From assembly GCA_003971905.1 (NCBI GenBank), contig RSEE01000019.1, positions 1 to 64,000 of the forward strand: 64,000 bases of DNA, read 5' to 3'. Under the pieces are notes generated by a model, which saw only the letters and a list, made by a program, of their open reading frames with translations, searched no databases and was not told the DNA's origin. This document shows, piece by piece, positions 37,691 through 48,978 of this stretch. Numbering within the stretch: the stretch's first letter is position 1; each line of letters starts with the position of its first letter. Source of the stretch: Moniliella sp. 'wahieum' (Eukaryota). The position numbers and the translations under genes were made by a program.

Positions 37691-40600
37691 TGTTCTGCAA
37701 ACATGAGGGTCTGCCGTCAGTAGCCTGATGGGCCTCACGCAGGGAAGGGGGCGCTGCCGCAAAGGGCACAAAGAAACGAGCAAGGCAAGAGAGCATTGCT
37801 GCTGTGGCACCGTGCGAACGAGCCAAAACAAGCGAACACTCTCAAGAAGGATGCCGACGCACCTTGAGTCTGGTTGGTGGGAATCTAGCCCAGTTCAGCC
37901 GTTCTTCGCCCTCAATTGAGGCGGAACGCTGAAAGAAGGGTAGTAGGGTTGCATATATGCTGCGGCGCAATAATTTGCGCCACGCTTCACATTCATACAC
38001 AGCTTGTAATAACCCTACTGTATTAAAGGATAGTGCTAGGGTTCTGAACGCCCCCCGAAAGAGCAATTGATCGGTGATTTACGTCAGTTGGGCAGATTTG
38101 TTCCGCGCGCTCCCCCTGCTCGCACCATATTGCTTCTCTGTTTTCTGGCTCCTTTCTTGTAGCATGTTTGAAGGCGGGTGGTTTGCCACCATGCCTTGTT
38201 GCATGCCTTGGGGCTGATCCCTTCTCGGCTTCTATGCCGCCAATGAGTCAGACGTAAGGCCACTGAGTGAGAGTGTGCTCATGGTGGTATGAACCTAGAG
38301 TAAACCCGTGCAGTTGCAGCCAATGCCTTGGATCACATTCCCGTTTCACCAGGATCACTCTGCCTACTAATGTACATGGCACTTCGACGCGCTCGCTTCC
38401 TCTCCTCTCACTGTTGGGGCCATTCCATTCATGTACACAACTAAAGAATTCTTGGCAGTTGTACATAACGTAAAACAGCACAAAAGGGGCGCCGAGCTCA
38501 ATACCCGGCTCGCTCATCTACTGGCGAGTGCACCGTTATAATAGCTCGTATCAACTTAACCAGGAAGCCTGTCGTGTGACCCGCTGATCAAGACCCTTTC
38601 GCACCTACCGTTCTCTTCCAAACTGGATGGAGGGGGAGTGCTGAGGCGATTGAGCACCCGGCATGCATGTGAACGAGGGATCATCTGCAATGAGGCGACT
38701 GTGTGACTCCTCCCTGTAAACATCTTGCCGATGCACAAACATCTTGTTGACCGTCTCGAGGCGTGTCAGTACCGTGCCATCGATAATTGCCAAGGGGAAG
38801 AGCGGCTCTTGAGTAGTACGCCCGTGGTTTTTGCTGTTATTATTACCTTCCGTTTTTGCTCCAACAATTGATGCAACTCCTTTTCCCCATGTCCCATACT
38901 ATGCAGTGCTGTCTCTTGGTGTATTACCGTGACCTTTTCCGGTACGCAACTTCAACCCCCCTTCACAGCTGAATCCGTCAAGGTATGCCCCCCCCCCCCC
39001 AGCCCTGATCCTCCAACCGCTCCTGATCCGATCACTTGGCAAATTCCGTGTGCCTGACCCCTGTCCCCCACCCGCCTCGTTTCCACTTCTTTCACCGCGT
39101 CTGGAGTCGCCCCGTGTTGTTGATCTTACTTCTCTGCATCTGATAGCAACCCCGAGCGACGCTAGTCGCCCCATGCCTGTTTGCCTTACCTTTCTAGGCT
39201 GTCCGTGCGGCAGCCGTCTCCCCTGTTCTCCCTGTTCCCGTTCTCCCTCTGTTGCCTTGTTTTCTTTTTAGTCCCTGTCTGTTAGCAGTGGTTCATGGTT
39301 TTCCACCACGGTCCATCTTTGTCCTCCCTTCGTCTTTGCGTCGCCCCTCTTCGCCTGTTCTCCGCTTCACCCCCTGCCCGCTTCTCGCCAATTGATTCAG
39401 TACAGGCAACTCCTCCCGCTCTTAGTCGACTTTCTACTCCCGGCGCAGATCGCCAGCCCTCGTCCTTTGTCCTCAGTACTCTCAGTACTCAGTACCCCTA
39501 GTCCGCGTGAGCCCTCTTCGTGCCACGCCTCGGTCCAGCCCAGTTAGCCGCGTGGGATACTGCCCTTCGCCACGCCGCTCCCCGTCTCAGCCCAGCCTCA
39601 GTTCAGCAGCGTTGGTCCTCCGCTGCCTTCCCCTTCCCTGAGCCCGAAGGCTTCAGACACGCTACTGCCGCCCAAGCCGGTGCTACGCAGCCTCGCCACA
39701 CTTGCAGCCGCCTTGCTATAAGCCGAGAGGCCTCTCCTTGTCCCTAGCTCCGCAGCGGAACCACCAACCAGCCCAAGCGCCTACCGTGAGTCGTCCTTAG
39801 GACCTCCAAGGGATTGTACCCCTTAAACCCCGGGCGAGCCCCTGGCGGCGCCCGCCCCATGACAGGAGACTCGGGCAAAGCTTCTGGTCTCCATCCACTG
39901 TGAGGGTGCGGGGGCATAGACCCCGCCCAGATGAAAACTGGTAGCCTTCTGGGAAATCAGACAAACATGAGAGCATCTGTCCTGAATGGGTTGTCCACCT
40001 AGTTATCCACCCGCAAAAGGATTATTAAGGCATCGGAAGCGTTCAGAACGTGGAGGTCAGTATTATTAGTTGGCCGAGCATACTAGGATAGATGCGCCTG
40101 TGTAAGCAGGTGCCGTGTGCCCCCCCAGCGAACCAGTTGGGTTTTCTGTCAGGCTATGGGATGCCAAAGCCTTATTCCAAAGTAGGACGGACGGGAGGCA
40201 CATATCCAGAATTGTAGGGTGCTTGGGCACCAAATGAATCAGGGGTATGATAAGCTGGACTTGCCCTTAAATATACCTCACTATCTTCTCGCACGGATCG
40301 CAGGTGGACCAGTACACGCCAATGAACTTCTTGCTTTTGCGGAGATACTAGCACTCGAGGGCGAGTCAGACGGGCTTGATTGTTGGCGATTGGTCCGGCA
40401 GCGACCAGACTCCCACATAGAACGTACCGTGCTGCAAATTGGCGCAAGTACTACGATGCCGAACCGTGGAAGATACAAGTGCTTGTGATACTGAACCGTG
40501 TCGCGTTACAGTGTTGGCAGTTGAGCCACCGATGACGAGCAGCTTGTGCGAGGTGAACAGGTGTCTGTGTCCGGAAGTGACTTGAACTGATGAGGCCTGG

Positions 40601-43600
40601 AGTCCGGATGGTCCTTGAGGGTGATGCAATCGCACTGGTGGTGGTGGTGGTCTAAGCCAACCAGCAACGCCTACAGAGGAACAGCAAGCAGCGAGTCGCC
40701 ACCAGGGGCTAAGCTGTGGAACAAGGAAAACAGGAAGAGAAACAACAAAACTCCCAGGCCTGAGGAGGAGCTGAAGGACATTGGCCAAAGCACGAGCCAC
40801 CCGATTGCTCAACATGAACTGTTCTGTCCGTTTTCACTAGGTCACTACATGTTGCATAGTTGCATGGCAATATTGCTTCGCGCGAGCGACCCTGCCCGCA
40901 CGGGCTTCAGCCGCCTCACGTCGCAGGGCAGCACAGCATGCTCTCCAGCCATGCTTCTGTTTTTGGGGGTGATGCAGGATGATCGCTGAAACAGCGGCCC
41001 AGACCTCAATTTGAGGTGTACAGTCATTCACGCTCCGCAAATCTCAGCTCGATCGACCCCTGGGAATCCGACCCTGTGGGGTAGCGACCACACAGCTGCA
41101 TCCCTTTTAGGCGGACTACATGCCCCCGCCCACCACCTTTCCCGCCATCATCTTTCTGTTGAGCCACTACTGACACTCTACAATGCCTCCCTCCCGCACC
41201 GTCAGGCCACCCCACAGTAACCAGCAACGCCGCTCGCCGCCCGAGGGACACACGACGCATCAACCCTGCGCCGGAGCCCGTGGTGGAGACTGCTTTCGAA
41301 GGTGAAGAACCGTCCCCTGAAGAACCACCAGGTGGCACCAGTGGGCTCAACAGCAATTCCGCCGGCGACTCCGAAGGCGGAGAGGGAAAGAGGAGTACGA
41401 AAACCGAGAGTTACGTTGTAGTCCCTCCTCCCCCCCTGGTTCCGTGTTGGTTCGTGAAATGATTATGCGGGGTCAATTGAACCAGCAGACGACAACGATG
41501 AACAGCGAAGAAGTTACGCTGGATCTTGACGCTGACATCTTGTTCCTCCGCACAATGGACTGATGAAGAGAGCTCCGTTAATCAGGGCGAATTTGCTGGC
41601 ATTCCCCCTCTGATCTGGCCCTTTCGCCGGAGGAAGGGTTCCATATTTCACGGATCCGCTCATCGTTACAAGGGCAACAAGCATCACTCAGCGAGGAAAG
41701 CGTATGCGAGATCAAGACTCTTCGGGTGCTCTTTTTGTCAATAACAATGCGAAGCAGGAATCGTTGGCCAGGGGCTTTACTATGTCCAACCCACGCCAGT
41801 ATTTCGAACGCTTGCTGGAGCACAAAACAGGTCAGGGGACCATCAGCTCTCGTTGCACACTCCAGGATGACTTGTACTATACTGACACTTTCTCTATCCA
41901 TGAATGGATCGCCACTAACAGACTAATGGTACAAATGGCTCGCGGTATGGGTCTGTCTGCATCCCGAGAGCAGGATCGGCAACAATAAGGATTTAGGCTT
42001 GGTTTTACGTCCGCAAGCGGCTTGTTCCCCTCGAGGTCTGGAAGAGTGCACTTTTGACCCGGGAAGACAACTCCTGGCCCATATCGGTCGTGTGACAGAC
42101 GGTTTGTCCAAGTTCTGTTGACGGTGTTCCTGAAGCCGACTTGGTCGACCATGACGTTTTTACGCTTACACTGGTTATGGCCTTGCTTAACCCTCTAACC
42201 TAACCCATTGCTTTGGAGTAGAAGGTTAATAAAATGTGGAAATAATGCATACTTGTCGAAGCCTCTGGCACGGCTTTTTCCTGTGTAACGAGGGATGTAG
42301 ACTTAGCATTAAACAGGTGCGAATTTCTCGGATATATAACCCTGGCGCAAACACAAGGTTAAGCTAAGTACTTCTATTATAGCGAGATATGAATAATGGC
42401 CAAGATCCACTACAACTTATGGCCGGCGTGTTTTTATGCCAGTTGTTCCGGGAACTTAGATTCATCCTACAAACCCCGCAGCCATGCAGGTGACCGGAGG
42501 TCTCGTCAATCAGTCAGTACGGCTCCCTATACCCTCCCCCCCATGTCAACGGGTGTCTGACTGACCACATCCACGTTGACTGTACTACCTAGTCTACTGC
42601 ATCAGTTGCACAACATTCTTGCTTGAGTGATGAGGTCCATCGTTCTTCGCTGTGTCAGGGGAGGGGCTCAAAAACGGTTAGCATCGTTGGCTATCCCTCC
42701 GAGCTGGACCGTCCGCTACTGTACCCACAATGCGTATTATGCGCGCTATGGACTTCCTGGGAAGCTTGTGATATCATGGTCGCTGCCAGATCAACACACA
42801 CCTGTTGAGAGCCGTGTTACCAAAGAAGACTGGGGCGCACAGCTTGCTCTCACAACTACCGGGAGCGGCCCAGGCATGGTTACATCTCAGACTGAAGTCA
42901 CTTTCTCCCTGTTTCTTCATTGGTGCCGGTGAGCCTGCTACACTCGGGCGGAAGTGGAGGGGATGCAATCAGGAGGAGAAGGCGCTCCCTGAGCGCAACC
43001 AAAGAGGAGGGACAGCGGCGGCACAAGGCCGATTCTTCACTCAAGAATCTCATTGATCTCGCTTGACTCCTAATTAACCCTGAGACCAGGGTACGCGCCG
43101 ATGCGCGCGGGTAAGGCTTGATGCGGTGGATCTCATAATTAAATAAGGTTTTTAAAAGCAGCGAGATGAGGGGCACCATCATTTCGGTCGGTGAATCCGG
43201 TACAGCCCCCGAACTCAAAAGAGATCCATAGTTGTCTGGAGCCGTTTTTGTACTCGGGGACAGGAACGAGATAGGGGGTGTGCAACAGCGTCTGGCAGTG
43301 GGGTTGATCTTGAACGGGAACCAGGTGGAAACCGAGTCTACACCAGCCTTGGACCGTGAAAGTTCTCCACAGTTTAGATTCAGAGGAACACCGGAGCACT
43401 GAGTGGTTGGCAACCTGGAGCGGCGAAGGTGGCACCTATAAGCCTAGAGAAGGACGAGATGTCGGTATACCGGATGGATTGACGAGGGTGGAGAGGCCAA
43501 CTGATTGCCAAAGATCGGTGGTCAAGAGCCAAGGGATCATGGGGAATTTGTTCCCCCGAGAAGGGGGGAGGAGTTCCTCAAACTCTTGCAGCCCCCCCTA

Positions 43601-46600
43601 AAAACCCACTTCCCCACAACTTGTCAAGGGCTGCGCTGGATCTGAGATGGGCTATCCAAGCTAAAGCCCGCCTGTTCTGCACATGCTGTGTGGCTTAATT
43701 GCGTGCTACACTGGTGACACGCGACCAATGGCACTGCAGCAGCAGTGTGCTTTTCTTTTTTCTCCCTTCCTCTGAAATGGGAGTATAGCTTTTGTGGGAG
43801 CTATGCAATGAACATGATGACTTTACCACCTCCATCTCCAGTTCGCTACGCCATACATCACGTTTTTGCCTCCCAGATAGAGCAATACTTTAGGGATGAA
43901 ACATGACATAATAACTTATCGAGCGTCCTCAACAAGGCGTATATTGGCCAACATCTCCCAGCGTGTCTGTCGGACAGCAGAATTGAATGTGATGTGGTTT
44001 GATGACAGGAGGGGGTCTAGGCCCAGCAGATGAGAAGAAGAAGAGAGACGGATGATGGGGCCCGGCACTGGGCTGGTGCGGCGACATTGGACATAACCGA
44101 ATCTAGATTCTGCGCTAGTCGGGCATCTAAATCATCATCCCGGTCTCACAGGTTCCCCTGGTTTGACCTGTTGAGTGAGACGCCACCTGCGGCCCAGCCC
44201 ATTCCGCCTCCGGTTTATTCCGGAGTAGATCTTCCCGAGACTTCTGCCCCCAGTAATTCATTTCCGTAGTCCACCATCTCCCTCCTCACTGGTAGCAGAC
44301 CGCTGGGCAGATCTCCTCCGACATGACCCGGCTGTGGACACATTTACTGCAGTCTTTTTTTATTTCTTTCTGACGCTTACTACAGGTGTTTTCTCCTTTT
44401 GTGTATACTACCACAATCACTCTACATTATTCTGCCAGAGGCCCCCTCAACCCATTTTATTTTCACCTTGAATAAAAACAAATAGAATCATCTAGCTGTC
44501 GCACAATACATACATTATCCACTCAGCTCGTCTCGGTGTCACCCTGGACAGCGCAGGTGTTGCTGAGGTCCCCTCACTTCAAGTCGATAGACAAAGGTCG
44601 GCGTGGTGCCATTGATGTTGGGGCGATGCCCCAATCACGCCATCCTGCGTGATAGTCATCACCCCTCTCTTTCCGCCCGGAAGCTTCCTCAGCTCCGCGG
44701 TACCCTCGTCTATATAAGGCCCTACCCTTCTCATAGCCTCCTGTACCTCTCTGAGAACCACATCCTCCATTCCACTCCTTCAGCAATTGACCTCAACGAT
44801 ACTGGTGTCTGCCATTGTGATGCTGCGCATGTTGCATCCATTCTCTCCAGGATGGCTCCATCTAGCCCTATGCATAATGGCGGTGACTATGGAACAGGAG
44901 TCCTTACAGTAACATGTCCACAGTGGTACATTACAACAACAGGGCATATACATTAGGGGCATTTTTTCAATATGCTTTGAATCATGGCAGGTATTGATGC
45001 TCTAATGCACTGCCAGTTCGATCGTCGATCAGAGACAGCTTTAATCAGTTCACAGGTTAGAAACGTCTAAACAGACAAAGTGTGGGTGATGACGGACTTG
45101 TTCAAATCAGCTATTAACTGGGGTGAGCGTTCCGCGCACCATAATTTCTGTTTCGGACTGCCAATTGGTGAAGCGCTGAAGTCAAACTTAGGCGCTCAGA
45201 GCTCAGTTGTCTTGCTGGATCGGATGCTACGCAGTCTTTGTGCGTGGCAGAAGACAATTGGGTTGCCTCCATAGATTCCGCTTACGCGTAAACGGAAAGA
45301 AAATGGAAGCAGAGGAGGGAGATGGATGAGGGGGCACATCGCGCTGACCGATTTTGAATTTATTTTGACAACAGATATTCAGAACCCCTGGAAAATTCAT
45401 TGTGGAAGAATATCCCTCCATGAAGATGGAGACATGCTATGTTTATTTGTTGTTGGGGCTACGATGGATGAATCATGACCTATATACAGTCAACATATGG
45501 TATGCTACATGTCCACAGCGAACACATTTACTCCCAGAATTATAATGACCCCAAAGCAATACTCAGACCCAGGATTGTGGCCGCGGGTCTCCTGGGGTTG
45601 GTGTTATGCTGGGACGCTATGGGTACCGATGCTCTTGTTCGCATCCAAGAATTATTTTCCCTTTTGTCTTGACGATGCGAGGATACTATGCAAGAAGAAA
45701 GCAGGCAAAATCCCCATGGTCTGGAAGGAATTAACAAACGAATATCAACGGACATGGTTCACCACTGGGATATCTACTATGTTCATCCGTACCCACAATG
45801 TTATCTAGGGGGTATGTGAACTGAAGACGGCCTCCAGAGGGTCTGTATGTCCCGGTAGGCGGTTTCCCTGTTTCCTCAAGCGGAGTTGGCGGTATCAAGT
45901 AGGACACGCAGGATGAACGGGTCGGTTGAGGTGCAGCGGTTCTTTTCTCAGCGATAGGCTCTGTTAATAATATGATCACGGCATAGGAATGGGCACAAAG
46001 CTCGTTTCGTCGCTCGAATAGCTGTAAGCATAACTAACGACTGAGGGTGGGGGAAATGAATATCCTGGGTGCCTACTTAATCATTACATACAGCATTTTT
46101 CACAACTAACTGATAAACGAGAAACATCTCCGTAGGTTCATCTGAACATATGGAGGGTGCTGACAGAAGCGTACAACGTATAGCACAGCGTGCGATAGAT
46201 GTCACTCTGGTCACAGTGTGGCAGAGTGGTAAGGTACTAGGATATTGCTAGACGTGCCTCAGTTGATCGGTGACGCTTGCCAACCAGGGTGGAAGAGTGG
46301 AACTCGCTGGTAGCCCACCCCCTGTTCTAACGCTATATCTCCTGTCTCCGCTGTCTCCTTCCTTTAGGGTGTTGCATAAATACTCGTTGCTCATCTTTTA
46401 TCTTCTCAGCAAGTCTGAAAGTTGGTTTGTAGCTGATCCGTGAGATCAGGGGTGGGCTCCCAATCGCACGCTAGCACATGCTTTCTGGGCAAATATTGGA
46501 TTCAGCAACTATTTTGACTAACTTCAGTCATACGTGTAATCTTTAGCTGACAACAGTATTACCCTGTCGACCCGATTTGGGAATAAAGACCAACAAAGTA

Positions 46601-48099
46601 AGATGCATAACATTATTTTAGGGTAATGGCTACTGAAACACTAATTTGTCACCGTTTCGCTGACCTTATACCCTTGTCCAATCGATTTATCCCAAGCATC
46701 TCGGTTTTCCACGTTTTTATTATATGTTTACATGGGCCCTCAGCAGTTCAGTAGAACCCCTCTGGGGGACACCTCTCGGCGTATAGCAGATGGCGCTTGT
46801 ATGGCAAGGCTGCGTAGGTAGGATTTTCTTGGTCAGTTATACGCTTCTAAATCTGATATCCGTACTCCGGGTGTGAATAAGGGGCAGCGTAAGAAAATTC
46901 TTCCATGTGACGGGGATCAGTGTAACGGGAACCGGGACTGCATGACACGTCGAGCTCTTAGCGACTGAAACTATGCTGTAGCTGAGAGATCTACTAGGGT
47001 TATGTTGGGTGCCAGCAAGAAGGCACTGGAGAGAACAGCGAGTCAATTACTAAGGGGGGAAAGAGTTGCCTGTACCGTATACGGACAACCAAACTATCAA
47101 GAGAGGATGGAGGGAAACGTAAAATGAACAAAGGGGAGTCGTCACCATAAGGGTTGGCCGTTCCCCACCATTCCTCGTAGGCGGGGAACAATGAAACAAC
47201 CGGTCCAGCTGGGGCCCCAGGTGTTAAGGACAAACAATATAGACAAAAGGGCACAGTCGTCGCCAAGGATTAAAATATGGTCGATGATAGTCGCCGCTTT
47301 GGGCACCTACGGACATGGTACGAGTGCCCCACTATTACCGTGAGACTGGATTGGGGTTGATAGGAGTGAGTGTTGCTAGAATAGGACAAAGGATCGCGCA
47401 GGAAGACCGTAACAGCCTGGACGCCCTCGGGCCTCACAGTTACTTCGAGCAGTTTTGACTCGGCAGTGACGCGCTGCCCGTGGAGCAACGCCCCCGGTTC
47501 ACTCCTGTTGACCTGCTCGTTGCGTGCGACCTTTTCCACTAGCAGTGGGTGAGCGCAACCCGGCGCATAGGAGGCGTTGGAAGAGTTCTGTGACAGGTGA
47601 AAGGTGGAGGGGGAGGCCGCCATAGATCGGGTTCGATCTAACCTAGCGCAGTGAGGCCCGTCTGCTCTAGCCAGGAGGCCGCCCAGATTGAGGGAGGTGC
47701 GATTGGGGTGGCCACATGGTGAGTGCCAATTCACAGGGGGAAAGGGACTATTGTAGAGCGGATACGTAGAATGGTGATCGGGCGGGTCGGCTCGCTACCC
47801 ACTATCGGACTGAATTGGATTTGGGAGTGAGCCCTATCGTTGTAGGTAGAGCAGACGGGCCTTAGCAGAAGAGATCGATCGGATCAGTCCGATTGTACCC
47901 GATGACCATGCAGGATGGCCAACCTGGGGACGGAGTTAGGAAGGGAAAAGGAGAGCGCGTAGGCTCCGTGGGCCCGCCTTCGCGGGTGATACAAGGCCAC
48001 ACCCCCACTACCTGTATACCTGCATTGGCATGCATCTCAAAAGACACGTCCTCTATCTGGATATATATGGGAAGACGATACTCTGAGGAAGGGATCATC

Positions 48100-48978
48100 G
48101 ATCCGTCATCGATCTTGATTCAAGCGACACAGCATGGCAGGATGCAGAATTGGAAATTGGAGCGAGCTTAGTCCTTCGGTGACACATATGCATAGAGCTT
48201 TTGAATTTTCCCAATTTGGTTCTTGAGCTCTTGGCACTCTTCTTCCTCGTCCGGGCCCTGAGGAGGCTCAGGGGGACCGCTGTCCGTCGCCTTGCTACCA
48301 CGAACAGGAGGGTTCGCTTCTTATTCGTCTTGCGGCAGATCAAGTACAACAAAAGTCGGGTCGACTAGCACAGAAGTAAGGGTACTTAAATTCCCACATG
48401 TGGCCAAACGTTTCGAGGCTGACGGTGCTTGCTGACAGACCAAAGAGTTGCTTGAGCCAGGCAGGCTCTTTTGTGATATGTTTTCGAAACCGAGCTTGTC
48501 GAGTGTGCCGACAAAGGATGCAAAGCTGGAGTACTTTTTTTGAAGCCGGTGCGAAGCACCATACTTGTAAATTGATCGTCGTTCTGCATGCAATCAACAG
48601 AGCATCGTAGCACAGGCACCGAAGTCTTTGTTCAGAACCCTCACCCAACAATACAACACATCAGAGTCAAAAAGAAAGAGAGCATTGACGTACAACAATC
48701 AGAAATGAGTCACCCGTAGATGGCCAGCGCACGAGGTGGTTCCACGCACCATCTTCGAGCATGTCAAAGAGCCTGCGGACAACACGAGGGGGTTTGCCCT
48801 GTTGGGACCCTTTCTTCTTTTTCCCATTTTGGCGCTCGTTCCCCGGGTGAGTATGGCCGGGCGGGGAGGATAAAGTACTTGGCTCCGCCTCCAGATTGCC
48901 TGGCGGTTGTGCGTTGGAGGAGGAAGGCTGGTAGTATACTGCAGTGGTCTGCACCGGGGGGAGAGCAGGTGCGCACAT
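48100..48978 (-). pseudogene. Degenerate or highly divergent HSF-type DNA-binding-domain gene (HSF/Skn7-Prr1 family)
   Basis: PPRVVRRLFDMLEDGAWNHLVRWPSTGDSFLIV | intron 48584-48693 | NDDQFTSMVL...SSFASFVGTLDKLGF...MWEFKYPYFCASRPD..YLICRK, then a coiled-coil-like EEEECQELKNQIGKIQK. At least 3 frameshifts. Pseudogene versus assembly error is unresolved. Confidence 0.7.

Noticed and set aside
39989..40011. TTGTCCACC/TTATCCACC, resembling DnaA boxes
   Set aside because: Eukaryotic context and imperfect matches.
42186..42206. TTAACCCTCTAACCTAACCC as an interstitial telomere or telomerase template
   Set aside because: Too short and imperfect; similar k-mers occur elsewhere in the window.
44711..44956. 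TATA box followed by short ORFs (one containing CIMA), as a possible pheromone gene
   Set aside because: The CAAX-like motif is internal, not terminal.
45341..45480. Minus-strand GHDS...KHS...IQNRSAR at roughly homeodomain spacing, as a possible bW/HD2 relic
   Set aside because: No WF, in-frame stops, no helix conservation between the anchors; likely chance.
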